Source of the DNA: the human T2T-CHM13v2.0 reference genome, Homo sapiens
Reading direction: 5' to 3' (one strand)
Assembly (NCBI RefSeq): GCF_009914755.1
Contig: NC_060943.1
DNA: 64,000 nucleotides
Positions 60,885 through 64,000 of the stretch are shown one piece after another (the stretch's first letter is position 1; each line of letters starts with the position of its first letter). Under the pieces are notes generated by a model, which searched no databases, was not told the DNA's origin, and was given only the letters and a program-made list of their open reading frames with translations. The position numbers and the translations under genes are program-made.

Positions 60885-61449
60885 AATGCTTCCTGTAGTA
60901 CCCGGGACATACGCTGTCTGATTGTCTTAAGATTCTACCTACTCCTTGGTACATGTCTGGTCAAAAAGGACAGGCAGTTAGGCATGGTGGCTCACTCCTG
61001 TAATCACAGCACTTTGGGATGCCTAGGCAGGTGGATCACTTGAGCCTGGGAGTTCAAGACCAGCCTGAGCAACATGGCAAGACCCTTTCTCTAAAAAAAA
61101 AAAAAAAAAAAAAAAGATAGGCAACTACCATACTAGAATTCCATCTCAGTAGACCTGGCAATGCAGACACTAACTGGCCACTCATCTCCTATAACAACGA
61201 CTCCACTTGGGGTGGAAAAATGGGAAGACACTCCATAGGTGAACAGTTGGTATCAGGACGCCATCTGTCCCCAGTTCATCGCTGGCCCACATATGAACAG
61301 CCCTGGCCTGCAACTCTTCCTACCTTCAACTCTCACCTTGACCCACACACATTCTCATCTGATGGAGGGGGTGGCCACTCATTTAACAATGCTATCACCT
61401 TGTTCCCAGGCTTCCCCCATGGGTCCTCGCCCCGTCATCCAGCACTTAC

Positions 61450-61729
61450 TTCTCATCTCTTCCTGAGCCTTTGTCCAGAGATCTTTCCTATTGATCTGTA
61501 GAAACAGGTTCAGTGTTACCTCCCATGCCTGCTTTCCTGGGTAATGTTTGTCCAGCAGCTTTGCTACATCTTCTTTGGAGGCCTTCTTCAGCTCAGCCCA
61601 GGGGATTGGCTTGAGTTCAAATTTCTCCAAAGGTTGTTTGAGGAGCTCCTTAAATTTCCAGAACTCTTCCTTTCTGAGCTCCTTCAGATACCACAACAAG
61701 CCAAAATCCGAAAAAAAAGATTCTGCCAT
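61450..61729 (-). CDS. NLRP9: NLRP9 coding exon 1, pyrin domain ([15 protein letters not shown]...)
   Basis: ATG at 61729, AGAA|gtaagt donor, 280 nt. Confidence 0.98.
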
Positions 61730-62308
61730 ATCGCCCCAGGATTGTGAACTGAGGTGTCTCCAGAGGGAAAAGAAAGATCCTCAAAAATAAAGAATAAATG
61801 ATACCTGGAGAAGAATGACATGATTACAGAGTTAAGCTTCAGCAGCTGAAAGCAGCTCAAAATTATTGATATCATCATGCGTAGCTTGCACCAAACATCA
61901 TCTAGGGAAGAAGCTTCATCTTTTTCCAAACAAATGCATGTGAATGGTAGAGTTGACTGCCACTTATGTGTCTTGTTTTTGTCTGACATAAATGATGCTT
62001 CCAGGAACAAGTGTTTTTGTGTAGTTTGGTGCATATAAGCACACATTTCTCTAGATTTATAAATTATAGGTCAAACAGCAAACACAGGTCACCATGTTTG
62101 CTACATAACACTCAACGGTTTTCCCTTGTGTATATAATTACTGACATTCCTACCAGCATTCTATGAGTTTGTTTGCTCTGTAGACCTTCCCATCCTTAGT
62201 ATAGTCTAATCCAATTTTGATAATGAAAAAATGAACGGATATTAAAATTACAGATGATCACATTCAGGAAGATGAAAATAAAGGAAGAGGACATAAAAGC
62301 AAATTTAA

Positions 62309-62471
<163 letters not shown>

Positions 62472-62872
62472 TAGCTGGGACTACAGGTGCCTGCCACCAC
62501 ACCCGGCTAATTTTTTTGTATTTTTAGTAGAGATGGGGTTTTACTGTGTTCGCCAGGATGGTCTCGATCTCCTGACCTCGTGATCCACCCGCCTCGGCCT
62601 CCCAAAGTGCTGGGATTACAGGCATGAGCCACCGTGCCCGGCCGGTATATGCCTTCTTATTACAGTATATAAGGAAAAAGTTAGATTTACTATAGGTTAG
62701 CATCTGCAGACAACTCAGACAGAAACAGAGCAGTGAACGTTCCCAGTATTATAAACCCTTCAGATAATCATTGCAATTCAACAAAAGACAGGAAATGAAG
62801 TAGAAATATATGGTAGACAAAATAAGACAGGTGGCAAAAATAATACCAAATATATATAGATATGTATTTTGA

Positions 62873-63185
<313 letters not shown>

Positions 63186-64000
63186 TGAAATAAAATTGCT
63201 CACTAATATATAGACTCACATTGGATAAATACAAATCCTGCTATATGCTGTTTATAAGAGAATCCTAGAAAATACACAGAAAAGTAAAACAGAAGAAGAA
63301 AAAGCCTGGCAAATTCTTACCCAAAAAAGTATTAATAGTATAAAATATCAGCATTGAAAAACACTCAAGCTAGAAAGCACTAAATGGACTAAGAATTTTT
63401 GAACACCAAGATTCAGTTCCCCAAGATCTAGAACTCATGAGCATATGTGCACCTGGGAATACCACTTTACACATAAGGAGATGATGACAAACGCAATATC
63501 ATTGTATCTGAGCTAATATACCTTTCAGATAATTACAAACCATTAGCAAAGGTTACATACCATCTATGGTCACATGCAAAAGAATAAACTTGGACCCTTA
63601 ATACCATAAACAAAAATTAATGCAAAATGGATTGAAGAAGATCTAAATGGAAGGCCCAAAGTATAAAACTCCTAGGAGAAAATGTAGGGCAGAAGCTTCC
63701 AGACACAGATTTGGTCTGGATTATTTCTTGAATATGACATGACACAGACAAAAGAAAAAAATAGACAAACTGGACTTTATAAAAATTTTAAAATTTTGTG
63801 CATCAAAAGACAGTATCAGCCAGGTGCGGTGGTTCATGCCTGTAATCCCAGCACTTTGGGAGGCCGCAGCAGGTGGATCACTTGAGGCCAGGAGTTTGAG
63901 ACCCATGGCCCACATGGTGAAACCCTGTCCCTACTAAAAATACAAAAATTAGCCAGGCGTGGTGGCAGACACCTGTAATCCCAGCTGCTTGGGAGGCGGA

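Overview
Human (or near-identical primate) genomic DNA, the 19q13.42 EPN1-NLRP9 locus. The + strand carries the last nine coding exons of epsin-1 (6372-16332, poly(A) signal 16715); the first coding exon lies upstream of the window. The - strand carries the complete nine-exon NLRP9 CDS (61729 to 29884; exon lengths sum to 2976 nt = 991 aa + stop; PYD-NACHT-LRR). The two genes converge across about 12.7 kb of repeat-rich DNA containing an orphan CpG-rich element with CTCF motifs and a truncated vomeronasal type-1 receptor (V1R) relic. NLRP9 introns hold a 3'-truncated 7SK retrocopy, a HERV-K LTR5 solo LTR, MaLR/ERV1 LTRs, several MER20s, L1 3' ends and many Alus. The most unusual structure is NLRP9 intron 6: a ~2.1 kb almost pure G/A tract faces a ~0.9 kb C-rich 21-bp minisatellite that sits inside a MER20 and carries exact PRDM9 13-mer motifs. 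I see no evidence of a novel protein-coding system; the long low-complexity ORFs are compositional artefacts. Repeat subfamily names come from recognising consensus sequences by eye and need RepeatMasker/Dfam confirmation.
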